Shown here: positions 52,521-64,000 of the stretch, piece by piece
How the letters are laid out: every line of letters starts with the position of its first letter
Position numbering within the stretch: the stretch's first letter is position 1
NCBI GenBank assembly: GCA_013239625.1
Contig: MU054323.1
Span: 6,499,220 to 6,563,219, forward strand
Length of the DNA: 64,000 nucleotides
Origin: Lama guanicoe
Taxonomy: Eukaryota
Direction of reading: 5' to 3'
Program-made: the position numbers and the translations under genes
Notes under the pieces: model-generated
Seen by the model: only the letters and a program-made list of their open reading frames with translations
What the model was told of the DNA's origin: nothing
Databases searched by the model: none

Positions 52521-54624
52521 AAGGGGTTGGAGTCACAGGGGTATAGAAGTTTTCATGCGAAAATTCAGGATTCTACCCCAACCATCCCTGGACATGACAC
52601 ATCTTTGTTTCTCCTAAAAGCAACTGTGGGCATCCTTCAGGTGGCAGCTCAGCTAAAAATGAACCCAGAGGATCCAAAGTTAATTTTGGTTAGGGTTTAC
52701 GAAAATGTCCCTGTCCCTCTTGCACTTAACCCTTATGGATCACCAGAAAACAGTGAAGTCAGAGCTATATGGGACATTCAGATCTTGTGGCAGTGGAGAG
52801 CAACAAGCAGGCATCTGAGGAGAAGCATCTTAGACCCTGAAAGGTATGGGAGTGGAAGAAGCATTAATGAACTTTTCTCTTTCAGAACGGGGCCTGGAGT
52901 CTTCCCCAAGGAAAACGCCCTGGTGTGGCCCTCCTAAACTGCTGGAAGCACCTTAAATTTACGTAACTGCTGAGCCTGCCATCCCCCAACAAATGGCTTG
53001 GACCACTATTTGATCCCGATCCACACTCATCTTAGGCAGGCCCTGTGCAGCTGAGTCCCAGGCATACGTATTTCTCTGTTCTGCCCCTCCACTCTGGGGC
53101 ATACAAACCCTCCTTGTAGCTGTGGTTGGTTTTGGGAAGCACTTTCTTGCTGCTCCCTCAGTAGTAGTAGGAGTTAACACCTCTGCTTAGTATTGGCATA
53201 ATCATAGGCACAAGGTTTCCTTCCCCTCCCTCAGAGGCAGAGAGGTTTTCCTTCTACCCCAGCAGCAGCGTGTCTCTGCCTGTGTCCTTGGGGTGAGTCT
53301 TTGCTGACTCTCTCAGTGGCTTAAGGTTTTTACTTAATAAGAAAAAAGGATGCAGGGAAATGCATGGTATTTCATACCCGTCTCCCTAGAGCTGCCTGAA
53401 ACACTGAGGGGGGGCTCTTGCTGGTCTCTCGTACAGCCCCCAGTCTTTCTCATCAGCCCCCAGGAAACAGCCTGTGAGTAAGTATGAAATCCCCTTGTGT
53501 CTGTGGCCTCCAGTTATTCCATATCGACTTGCTGGCCCTCACTTGTCTTTTGGTAGTTCATTAAAATTTTATCTGATTTCTGTAACAAATGCCCTACTGT
53601 TCTTAGAGTACTGTCTGCATCCGTAAAGTCTGAGGTTAAATTCTGTGGAAAACTGCTCCAACTGCATTGGTGGAGTCACAGAAATTCTCCAATCTGCCAC
53701 CAGTTCCAAGTTCCACTCTGCATTCCAGTCCTCTTTACTCTAGAGCTCTACGGAAAACATCAGTCCACTTATTTACCAGACATGACCTTCCTATGCCTAT
53801 GCTGAATTCTATCTAATCTGCTGCATGATTTCTAGAAACTCTTCAAAGTTTCTTGTACACTGATGGTGCCTTTCTACTTTCTAAAGCTACCTCAGATTTT
53901 CTTTAAAAAATGTCTTTTTTGATCATTTAAGTGAGATCTAGGAAGGGAAAGGACAAAAACTTAAATTTAAATCATTATCTTGAAACAAGACTTAGTATTG
54001 AGTTATGAGTGCACATTTCAACAGGAACAACAAAGCAGCTCCAGAGAAAAGGGTGATATGAGAGGGCTAGAAATATTCTATGAGGCAGTTAAGGAACTAA
54101 AGATAGTAAGCCTGAAAAATCAAAGATTAAAGAACACATAGTAGCAACTTTAAGTGTTTTTACAATGTTACATAGAATAGGAAGTGGTTATTTGCCTTCC
54201 CTACAGGAATTAGGAACAGGACCACGATGCTATATGAGAGGGAATCAACCATACTGGAAATTACTTTCATTACCAGAGGTGTATAACAGAGAATGGCTTA
54301 CTAAACCTGAAAATGTCTGAGGGTCTCTCAAGCCATGGCAAACAATGACTTGATGATCCTTTCCATTTGCTCTGAACATGAGACCCAGTCTCAACTTCCC
54401 ACTACCCCCAAATACACATTCACCCTCTGCCTTCCACAGCTAAACAAGCATAAAGGAGCGAGTAGAGGTTCTGCTCCTGTGTGCTAACCAGTTTGGTGAC
54501 TTGAGCAGGTCTTCAACCTTCCTCACCCTTACCTAGGAGTTGTAAGAATGGTGTATGTAAAGGAGCTTTCAAAAGTATAATGCATGTCACAGGCAATACT
54601 TGACTAGTCAATGTCCTTCCTATA

Positions 54625-54790
54625 CCAGAGGTTTCCAACTCCTGGCTGAATCATCTGGTGAGCTTTAGGGGGAAAAAAGCTATTCCAGCAGACCAATTAA
54701 ATTAGAATCTCTGGGGGTTTAGGCATAAGCTTCATAATTTTTAAAAAGCTCTCCAGGTGATCCTTTTATGCAGCCAGAGTTGCACACTGC
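54625..54790. mobile_element. MER5-type hAT MITE
   Basis: GAATCATCTGGTGAGCTT...AGAATCTCTGGGG...CTCCAGGTGAT pattern. Confidence 0.6.
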
Positions 54791-57464
54791 CTCCTCTTCT
54801 TCCTATCCCTCCACAGAAGATTCTGTTCCACCTCTACCCTTCCAGCCAGCAAACAGTGTTGTCCAAAGGCAACACCTGGTAGCTGTCAAAATGAATTAAT
54901 TATGTGGTCTCTTTCTCCTAAGCAAGACACATATATCCCTCAATTCTATCCTGTCAAAAGATGCGTTAATCTCATCTTACTTTTTGTCATAGAGATAAAA
55001 AGATCTTTTTTTAACCCCCTTTACCCTACCACTCTCTCAACTTTTAACCAGCTATCTCAGAAAAACAACCTTCTCTATCATTTATCTTTAAAGCCTAATA
55101 ACATTAGCAGAGTAATAGCACCTGGTAGAAGAAGCAACTACTATTTACTGAGTATTACCTTATGCCAGCAACCATGATAAGTATGTTAATATTACCACAT
55201 TTAATTTTTACAACAGTTCCATGAGCTACATTTATATATATTATTGATGAAAAAAACAAAGCTAGGGAGGTTAAATAACGGGCCTAACACCATACAGCTG
55301 ATTTAATTTGTAGCTAAATTTTTTTTTTTGTAGTTTAGAGTATAACTCCAAAGTTTCTGCTCTTAACTATACACCACATTGCTTCCCTGATTACTTTGAT
55401 ATTTATTTTAGTTTAGCAGTGTTATTTTTGTCATTTAAAAATAAGCAACAAAATGTAAAGGAGATATATCTAAATTGATATTTGAATATTAAAATATGGG
55501 TCTCTTTTACATGTCAAAGTAACCAAATGTTCCCTTGGGACAATGTATCTTAAAAAAATTTTGTGAACACTGATTATATAACAAATAGGTGGAAAATGGT
55601 AATTGGGACACTACTATAAATTTATTTAATATTCAATAAGAAAGAAAATAATACAAAACAAAAACCAAGGCTAACAAGAATGCTGGTAGTATATCCCTAC
55701 CTCAGAAAAGTAAATCCTTACAAATCCCATATATATATAACATTCTTTTTCTCATCTTGTGACCTGTGTTCCCTTTACCTGGACTGTCATATCACCCTCT
55801 TCCATTTCAAACTTTATCTTTCAAGGTCTAGGGCAAGTGTCATTTCCTCCAGGAGGTTCCTGACACCGGCAGGTCAAATTAATTGCTTCCTCCTCTAGAT
55901 TCTCAAGAGACTTCTCCATGCTTCTGTAGAGCACTTAGAAAGGTTCTGTAATTGTTTTCTATCCATCTGCTTTACCAGATCATGAGCCCTTGGAGGACAA
56001 GAGCTTTGTGTTTATCTTTCAATTTGTGGAACTGGCAGAGTACCCAGCACAGAGCAAACACTTAAAATATAACTGAGGAATAAACATCTGAAAAAATTAG
56101 AGGGAGCAGAGACAAAGCAGAGAGGCAAGATGGGGACTTGGGGGAACACAAAACTCAGTTATAAATCTTTTTGTTGTCTAACCTTCACATATAGCTATAT
56201 CAGCCCTGTGAGGAGGTCTTTAAAGTTCATTCAACATGGCTAATAATCATCTGTACTTCACTTCTGACTACCTTTTCAGTTTACTCTGCTTCTACCAATA
56301 AGAAATCAAATATGTTTAGGTATGTAAACTCACACAAATTTGCTGCCTATAGTCCACAAAAATCTGCCTTACAAAGTTGTTTCCAGGAATGCTTATCATT
56401 GAAATATAGGTGCTCGCTATAATTTTAAACACTAGATGGATTTGATTTAACAAATATTTCTTAGCCTTAAATGACTGGATGTTTAAAAAGAAAACTATAA
56501 ACATCCTCTCTTAAAGACAAGTTTTAAGATTAGAGTTAAAAATAAAGAAACAGATGTACTGAAGAACTAAAGACTTTAAATAGCTAAACCTACACACCTT
56601 TTAAATAAAGAAATACCATACACATAGTAAAAAACCTACGTGGCTTATTAGTTTATTATAAAATAAAAAAATTAACCAGTCATGATTCCTGTGACCGGGA
56701 AGGCAAGTAGTGGGCTACAGAACTGATTTAATACTGTATGACTTTGGAAAAATGACGATGATGCTGAAAAATAATGGCAACAACAAAGGATGTCAAAGAC
56801 GTAAGCAACTCACCTTCATTGAGCCCTATCTGTCAGGGACTTTCTAGGCAGTAACTCACCGACTCCCACCACTACCCCACACATTAGGTGCTACTATTAC
56901 CCCCATTTTACAGATGAGGAAACCAAAACCCATGGTGGTGAAGTAACTTGTTCAAGGTGGCAACTAACAAGTGGCAAAGCTGAGATTAGAACCTAGGTAG
57001 CCTGAACTCTATGGTACACTGTCTCCCTCTGAACACAGATAAGATGCTCACGTTCTCTGTGTCTTGACTGTCACCTCCATAAACTAGGAATGTTATCTAA
57101 CTCCACAGGGTTGTTGTAAAGATTACATATAATATGTAATTTATCTACACTAAAATAATACTAAGTATCATTTTCATCTATTAGATTGACAAAATAAGAA
57201 TAGCTAACATTCAGTGAAGCTTATCATGTGTCAGGTACTTTTCTAAGAGTTTTACATGTATTGTTTTAATTAAGTTTCACAAGAATTCCATGAGGTAACT
57301 ACTGTTACTATCACTGTTTTTCAGAGGAGAAAACAGGCATGGAGAGACTAAATAATACACCCAAGGTAACAAAATCAGTAAATGTTAAAGGTAGGACTGG
57401 AATCCATACAGACTTTTAATTAAGAGCCTTAAACTATCTGCCTTGATGATAATTAAAAAGAAAT

Positions 57465-58730
57465 AGATGTATATTGTCAGCTTATTTCAACAAAGATGTC
57501 AAAATAATTCAATGGGGGGAAAAACTGTCTTTTCAACAAACGGTGCTAAAAGAACTGGACATCCGTACAGAAAAAAAAAGAATCTCAAACTTGTACCACA
57601 TACAAAAATTAACTCTAAATGGATCATATGTAATGTAAATAAAAGGGCTAAATTATGAAACTTCTTGAAGAAAAGAAAGAAGAAAATCTTTTTGATTTTG
57701 GATAAGGCAATGACTTTTCAGAACAAAACTGGCACAAACCATTAAAATTTTTAATAAGCTGAATTTCATTAAAACCTAAAACTTCTGGTCGCTTAAAGAC
57801 TTAAGAAAATGAAAAGACAAGCTACAGACTAGGAGAAAACACTTGCAAAACATATTTGATAAAGGACATATATCTAGCATATATAAGGAACTACAGATTC
57901 AACTCAATAAGAAGACAATCCCTGCCTAAAAAAAAGGACAGAAGACCTGAATAGACAGACACATCAAAAATATACAGATGGCAAATAAGCATGTGACAAG
58001 ATGTTGAATATCACTGATCATCAGGGAAACGCATATTAAAACCACAGTAAGGTATCACTACATGCCAATTAGAATGTCTGAAAAATTTTTTTAAAGACTG
58101 CTGGCAAAGACGCTGAGCAACTGAAACTCTCACACATTGCTGGTGGGAAGGCAAAGAGGTAATTTGGAAAACAGTTTGGCAACTTCTTATGAAGTTAAAT
58201 ATACCTTTACCATACAACCCAGAAATAAACTCTTGGGTATTCACTCAAAAGAAATACTTATTTCCAGATAAAAAAATTGGTCATCTGATGGCTACAGCGG
58301 CTTCAGACATTCTGTCTAAAGTTCCAAAAACCTGGAAGTCTAACTCAACTGACTTTTGCAGATGAATGGGTAAACAAACTGTGATACACAGTTATACAAT
58401 GGGATAGTACTCAACAATAATAGAGAAAGACATACGAAACAACATGGATGGATAACAAAAGTATTCTCTTAACTAAAAGAAGCCACAAAGACACAAAAGG
58501 CTACTTATTATATATTTCATTTATATGACATTCTGGAAAGACAAAACTACTGGAACAGAAATCTGATTAGTGACTGCCAGTGGCTAAGATTAGGGTGAAG
58601 GGGAAAAGGGAACTTTTTAGGTGACAGAAATGCTCCATATATTCTTATTTACATGATTGTATATATTTGTAAAAAACTCATCAAATTGTATTAAAAAGGG
58701 TGAATTATACCTCAATAAACCCAACTTGAA
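57465..58730 (+). mobile_element. Old L1 (L1MB/L1MC-type) ORF2 end plus 3'UTR
   Basis: CATACAAAAATTAACTCTAAATGGATCAT, CAGATGGCAAATAAGCATGTG, ends TATACCTCAATAAA. Confidence 0.75.
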
Positions 58731-60989
58731 ACAAAACAAAAATATAAAGCACCTAACACATGCCTGTCACATGCAGCATACTCAATAAATTAGTTTCCTT
58801 ACTCAACCCAAACCCAGGGAACAATATAATTAAGGAGAAGTCAGAGCAACAGAATCTTTCCCAGGCACTTCTCCTTATGATAAAGGTACTCTTGCCAGAA
58901 AATACTGAAAGTGAAACTTTTTAGTCAGAAATCTTAAGACTATTTTAAGTCTGAACCGTCTGGTTGGGAAGGCTTGAGTTGCTCTAACATACAGCAGTGT
59001 ACGTCCCCAGGCAGTGACAGACTGCTATCCTAAGACTACAGAGGACACTGTTGTATCAGAAAGGATAGCTGTGTCAACATTTACCACTTTCTAACACTTT
59101 CTTATATACTACTATCTCCTCACCTTTCCTTAGCTACCTGTCTTCTCAGCCTATCTGAGAATGTTTACTGCTTAGTTCCTCACGACTCCAGCTAGCAATC
59201 TTGACACCTTTATATATATATTCATTCAACAAACATTTATGGGGCACCGATGTGTACAAGGACTAGGGGTACCAAGACGAATAAAATGAACATTTAAAAT
59301 GAGCTCACAGACTTTCTAATATTTAAGGGACTCCACTAGCCAAGAGAGTCATACACAACAATTATGATTAAGTATTATTATGATTAATGTTACTAATAGA
59401 ATAAAAATGTTCTAAGGCATATATGAAGGAAAATTTTTTAAGTAGTATTCAAATAATCTTCAAATCTGGAGACTTCAAAAAAATGACCATATTAAAACAT
59501 AAGATATTAAAAAAAATAAGATATTAACACACTAAGAATTTTACAGGAAGGAAAAGTTACATAGAAATAAGATGACTATGAAATACATGTAATTCAAAGC
59601 CAATTTTAAAGTTGTTGTTCCAATTCTGGCTTTCTTATTTAGAATATATACTATATACTAACAGAACCTTTTAAAGAGCCAAAAGCTTAAAATTTTGAAC
59701 TGAAAGTAAAAAATCTCCCAATCTTAGTCTATATTTATCCATAAGCTTTACAGAAAGGCAGGAAAGCCAGATTTGGGGGTTGATTTTTAATATTGCCTTA
59801 AAAATCTAAAAACCTTTTACATTGTCTGATTACTTTAGAAATGTATTAAAATTTTACCCACTTCCCCAAAGTCATCATTCAATCGAGAATGTGATATTTT
59901 CATAAAGATTTCTGTTGCTTATTCTCATCTCATTTACTGGCTCTGTCAAACATGTTCTTATGGTTCATGTAGAAGGAAAAATACATATTTATAGAACATC
60001 CACTATATGCTAGATTCCATGTAGTAAGTGCAGTAAGTCTTGTCATCCCTATTTTACATATACAGATATGCATACATACACATATGTACATACACACACA
60101 CAGAAATAAGTTCCACATGGTTAAGCTGCATAGCTGGGTAGTGGCAGAGCAGTATTCTAACATATAGCTCTGAACAGACATGACTCAGACAGGTTATATC
60201 CCACTTGTATGCTACAAAAATTAAATATCAGAAATAGTCTTCATTGGTGTATTTGTCCAGTTCAAAATAACAGTCAAATGACATATGTTAAGCCAGTACT
60301 AACTTAAATTTCTAAAATACAACTGGTATACTGGTCTAGATAGAACTAAAGCCTCAACTGGAGGTACCTGAATAATAAATGCTTGGGTTATTATAAACGC
60401 AGTCCAACACTCAGCTGATTCTACAAGGTCCAGTGTTCAACATTTCTTACTTACACAATTGAAAAGAATAACGAGCTCTAAAATTCTAAAAAGGTAATAA
60501 AGCTCTAAAAATAAAAATGGCATTTTTTTCCTCCTAAAGCCACTAGCTGTTCCTATTCTTTCCCTCTCTTTCTTCTCACTTCCAGATTTTAGACAGAGCC
60601 ACTGTCATGGGCTTCAGGAACTTCTTAGTCACTTAACTAGTCTTTAACTACCTCTAGATCCTGAGGCTTAAACAAGCCTCATTACATTGCGATATCAACT
60701 GGTACCAACATGTATCTGAAGTCACCTCTTGCTTATCACTCATATTATTATGCCCTCCTTATTTACAATTTCACTTAATTTTTGAGAAGCAGAAAGCAAA
60801 CCCACCATGATCAAAAAAGGTTTGGCAAGTATGATTTTGCTGGTATAGAAGAAATCAGAAATAAAATATTATAAGTGGTAAAAATACGATGCAATGATCT
60901 TTTTTAGTTCTGTTAAGAAGATAGGAAGTGAATCATCAAATAGACTAAGGAAAGAATATCTATCTGTTCAACAGAGCTTTCTAAGATGT

Positions 60990-61148
60990 ACCTGCATTGT
61001 CCAGTACTATAGCCATTAGCCACATGTGGCTGTGAGCACCTGAAATGTGGCTGTGTGACTGAGAAACTCAATTTTTTTTTACTTAATTTTTATTAATTTA
61101 AATGAAATAGCCATAGGTAGCTACTGGCTACTATACTAGACAACATAG
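60990..61148. mobile_element. MER3/MER33-type hAT MITE
   Basis: TGTCCAGTA..TAGCCATTAGCCACATGTGGCT with an inverted counterpart at the right end. Confidence 0.6.
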
Positions 61149-63118
61149 CTCTTCTGTAAGAACCACAAAAGTCTAAAAGTCTGTCTGTGGTTAGTCTCAG
61201 GATGATGAAGCAGACATGGCAAAACCTGAGGATTATGTCAGAGCATTTAGACAAACAGCCTGGTCTAGGGAGGGCACTTAGTTCCAGTAGTATTGTGCAC
61301 TGAAAAAATTTAACACAATCTATAACTGAGAATTTACTACAGGAGCAAACACTGCTTCTGAAGGTTTCCTGTCATACATGGATGATTCTTTTAATAAGAT
61401 CTTAAACCCTGAATTGAATTTAAATTAAATATATACAAGATTATCTTTAATCTTCCACTCTTTCATAAACTAAGTAGGAGGGTACCACAGTCTATATTAG
61501 CTAGCAATACTTCAGAAGTTTCAGACAATTACTATATTCCTATATACTACTAAATTAATTGTCCAACATTTTAGACAATTACTCAAGTAATCTTTTTTGT
61601 TACTGAACATTTTGTTTCCAACATTTTGTATATAATGCAATGAGCTACAAAGTGATATACAAATGTTTAGAGAATGGAAGAAACAAAATGAAAAAAGACC
61701 AGGCCTGTACTGATTTATTTTATGTTCATTTTGTTTATCAATCTGCTTAACATGTTGGTTGAAGTTTATAACTAAACTACATGTTTAAAGCAAATTCCCT
61801 TGTATAAGGCATAGAAATCCTCAAATTTGGATACAGCACATCGGTACTACAATTATTACCCTGATTCTAAACTTATATTTATCACTCATTATGGAAAAAA
61901 AAATACTTTACTTAAAAAAGTTTTCCCTGGCATCAAATAATCTTTATAATCTCACACCACTTCCATAATAGGAGCTATGCTTACATTAATCCTTAAATAA
62001 GAGTTCTGAAAAGGCAAAAAAACAAAACAACAAAACCCTTATCGCAAGTCCATCTTTAAATGGCAGAATCCTACCACTAACTAGAACTTATTTTTATTTT
62101 ATGCAAATAATTCATTTTTCCAAAACTTTTGTAGATCTCACAAGATCAATCTGGAGTCTTAAAACTTTAGATATACAACATATATTTTCTTTAGTAACAA
62201 TGTACTGTTTTGGCCCTATGACTGAGAACACGTTTTTTAAAAATGTAATTGATCAAATAATAGATGGTAATATTAACGCAATTCCTTTGTGAAGGTGGTG
62301 GAATTATTGGTGATTCTTTCCTCTTTTTTTCCCTCTTGTTCTTCAATATTGCAGTTTTCAATTCAAATATTAAAGAATTATTGACTGGACCCTCTATTTC
62401 CTTGTATTTATAATTAGTTAATAAAAGTCACCTCAAAATTAAGAACTCAGCATATCTGATTTCTTAAAAAAATCAAAAAATACAATGCATTTTCTCAATT
62501 CTAAGTGACATACACAGTAACTTCTTACCTACTAAGGATGGTTAACTTGTATTTGGGAAGTGAATTGGAACTAGAAGCAGAAAAAAACCTTAAAAATGTT
62601 TTACTGTTGAAATTGCCTCAACATTTTCCTTTAAAATGTTTCCTATTAAACAATTATGTATGTAGGCATACATGATCCTTCATAAAAGGGCAAACAAACT
62701 AATTTTATATGCATATTACTAAATGAATCTTTAGTGGTTTAATCAGTTTACAGTCAACGTATGCTGTCAAAAACACCTTTAATATTCTCCACCTTACAGC
62801 ACCATGTTTTTTGTCCTCCAGTTTTATGCATCAAACACGATATACCTTTAGGTTCTCCTTAGCCATGCAAAGGCAAGCACACATGCCAGATGATACTGCA
62901 GTATATGCTTATATTTAGTCTCAGGATTTACTGCATAATATTCTAATAGAAAATATATGCAATGTTCTGAAATAAATTATCCAAATATTTTCAACAAGAA
63001 TACTTTAAGTTTTGCATTTATAAGCTTAAGGAAAATATCTAAATGAATATTTTATAACCTCAACCACAAAAAAAATCCTATAACCTTTTTATCTTGCCAC
63101 AAGCATAAAGCTGCTTAC

Positions 63119-63149
63119 CATTCATAGCTGTGGGAAACTGAGCCATCAT
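63119..63149 (-). CDS. ITSN2: ITSN2 exon 2, coding part (MMAQFPTAMN-G); the exon starts at 63182 with 33 nt of 5'UTR
   Basis: Minus strand reads TTGCAG|ATGGCTGAGAGCTAGCAAGGAAAATTCAGGACC ATG ATG GCT CAG TTT CCC ACA GCT ATG AAT G|GTAAGC; matches the known intersectin-2 N-terminus. Confidence 0.95.
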
Positions 63150-64000
63150 GGTCCTGAATTTTCCTTGCTAGCTCTCAGCCATCTGCAACATGAAAACATC
63201 GTGCCATTAATAATACAACAAGGGCAGATCACTGCTTAGTGTAGCCACTAAGCAGTGGGAATGTTTGACCCTTCAGCTCACATTTAAAACAGAAAACAAT
63301 GAGCTTCTGCTAAACAGGCAGAATTTAAATTTGGGGAAGGCAGGAGATTTTGTTGGGTAATGGTGCTGCCTTTAAAGTAAAACCATTTAAAAAGAACAAT
63401 CAAATATTTAACAGCAAATAATGAATAAGGAAACCTCTGGCATGAACCAATTTTACAGAAATTAATTTGGAAAAGAGGAGAGTTGTTATAACTAGGCAAG
63501 AATTTCAGAGAAATCAATTGTATAAATTAAGTGTACAATAACATGGAAATCCATAATATTCCTCTTCCTCAGAAAACCCCAAGCGAGAAAAATATCCAAA
63601 ATAATGGTGGCGTAACTATTTAATCAATAAAACAAAAATATTTATTTAAACATAAGTGTGCTGAGCAAATATTCTGCACTAGGAAGAGAAGGGAATTTGG
63701 AAATGAAGAATTCTGGGTTCAAATTCCAACTCTGCTATTTTCCTAGCTGAGACTGTGGAATAGCTATTTAACCTTCTGAAGTCTCACATTTCTCACCTGT
63801 AAAAATACTTTGCAGGAGTTTTTTTTTTTTTAAAGTATTAAACATAATCCAGTGCACTGCCTGATATACAGTGAGTGTTTGATAAATGGCTTCCTGGATG
63901 TCCAGGAAAAAGAGTGTAATATAATTCTGAACCCTGAATTCAGTTATCTTATTATGAATAAATTTAAAAATAACAATTTGTTCCATGAATCTTGAGGGTA

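Noticed and set aside
52512..52937. Longest ORF in the track (141 aa)
   Set aside because: It has a non-ATG start, no recognisable domain, and adjoins decayed ERV sequence.
1..64000. CRISPR array, operon or other prokaryote-type system; promoter CpG island
   Set aside because: There is no regularly spaced repeat-spacer pattern, no long intact ORFs and no CpG-rich block. The window is intragenic mammalian DNA.

Overview
AT-rich mammalian genomic DNA. It is most likely camelid, judging from tRNA-Ala-derived Vic-1-type SINEs, a young family of L1 3' ends, and no recognisable Alu, Bov-A/BovB or PRE-1. The whole window lies inside the intersectin-2 gene (ITSN2) on the minus strand. I traced 21 consecutive coding exons by hand, all with GT-AG boundaries and compatible phases, from the start codon at 63149 to an exon ending at 1748. 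They total 2637 nt (879 codons) with the 81-nt cassette exon and the proximal exon-19 donor. They encode EH1, EH2, the KLERQ-rich coiled coil, SH3A and the following linker. The gene continues past both window ends. Exon numbers follow human-style numbering recalled from memory, with a presumed non-coding exon 1 outside the window. Introns are filled with L1, L2, MIR, LTR/ERVL and DNA-transposon relics; almost all ORF-track entries are noise or repeat remnants. There is no prokaryote-type system here. The most notable observations are: a probable L1 3' transduction; two inverted pairs of young L1 3' ends bracketing exons 16-20; a complex exon-19 3' end with tandem donors, vestigial coiled-coil-like sequence and an intronic poly(A) signal; an in-frame uORF; hairpins upstream of two 3' splice sites; a recursive-splice-like exon start; and a hydrophobic cassette exon. 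Repeat subfamily names come from pattern recognition, not a database search.
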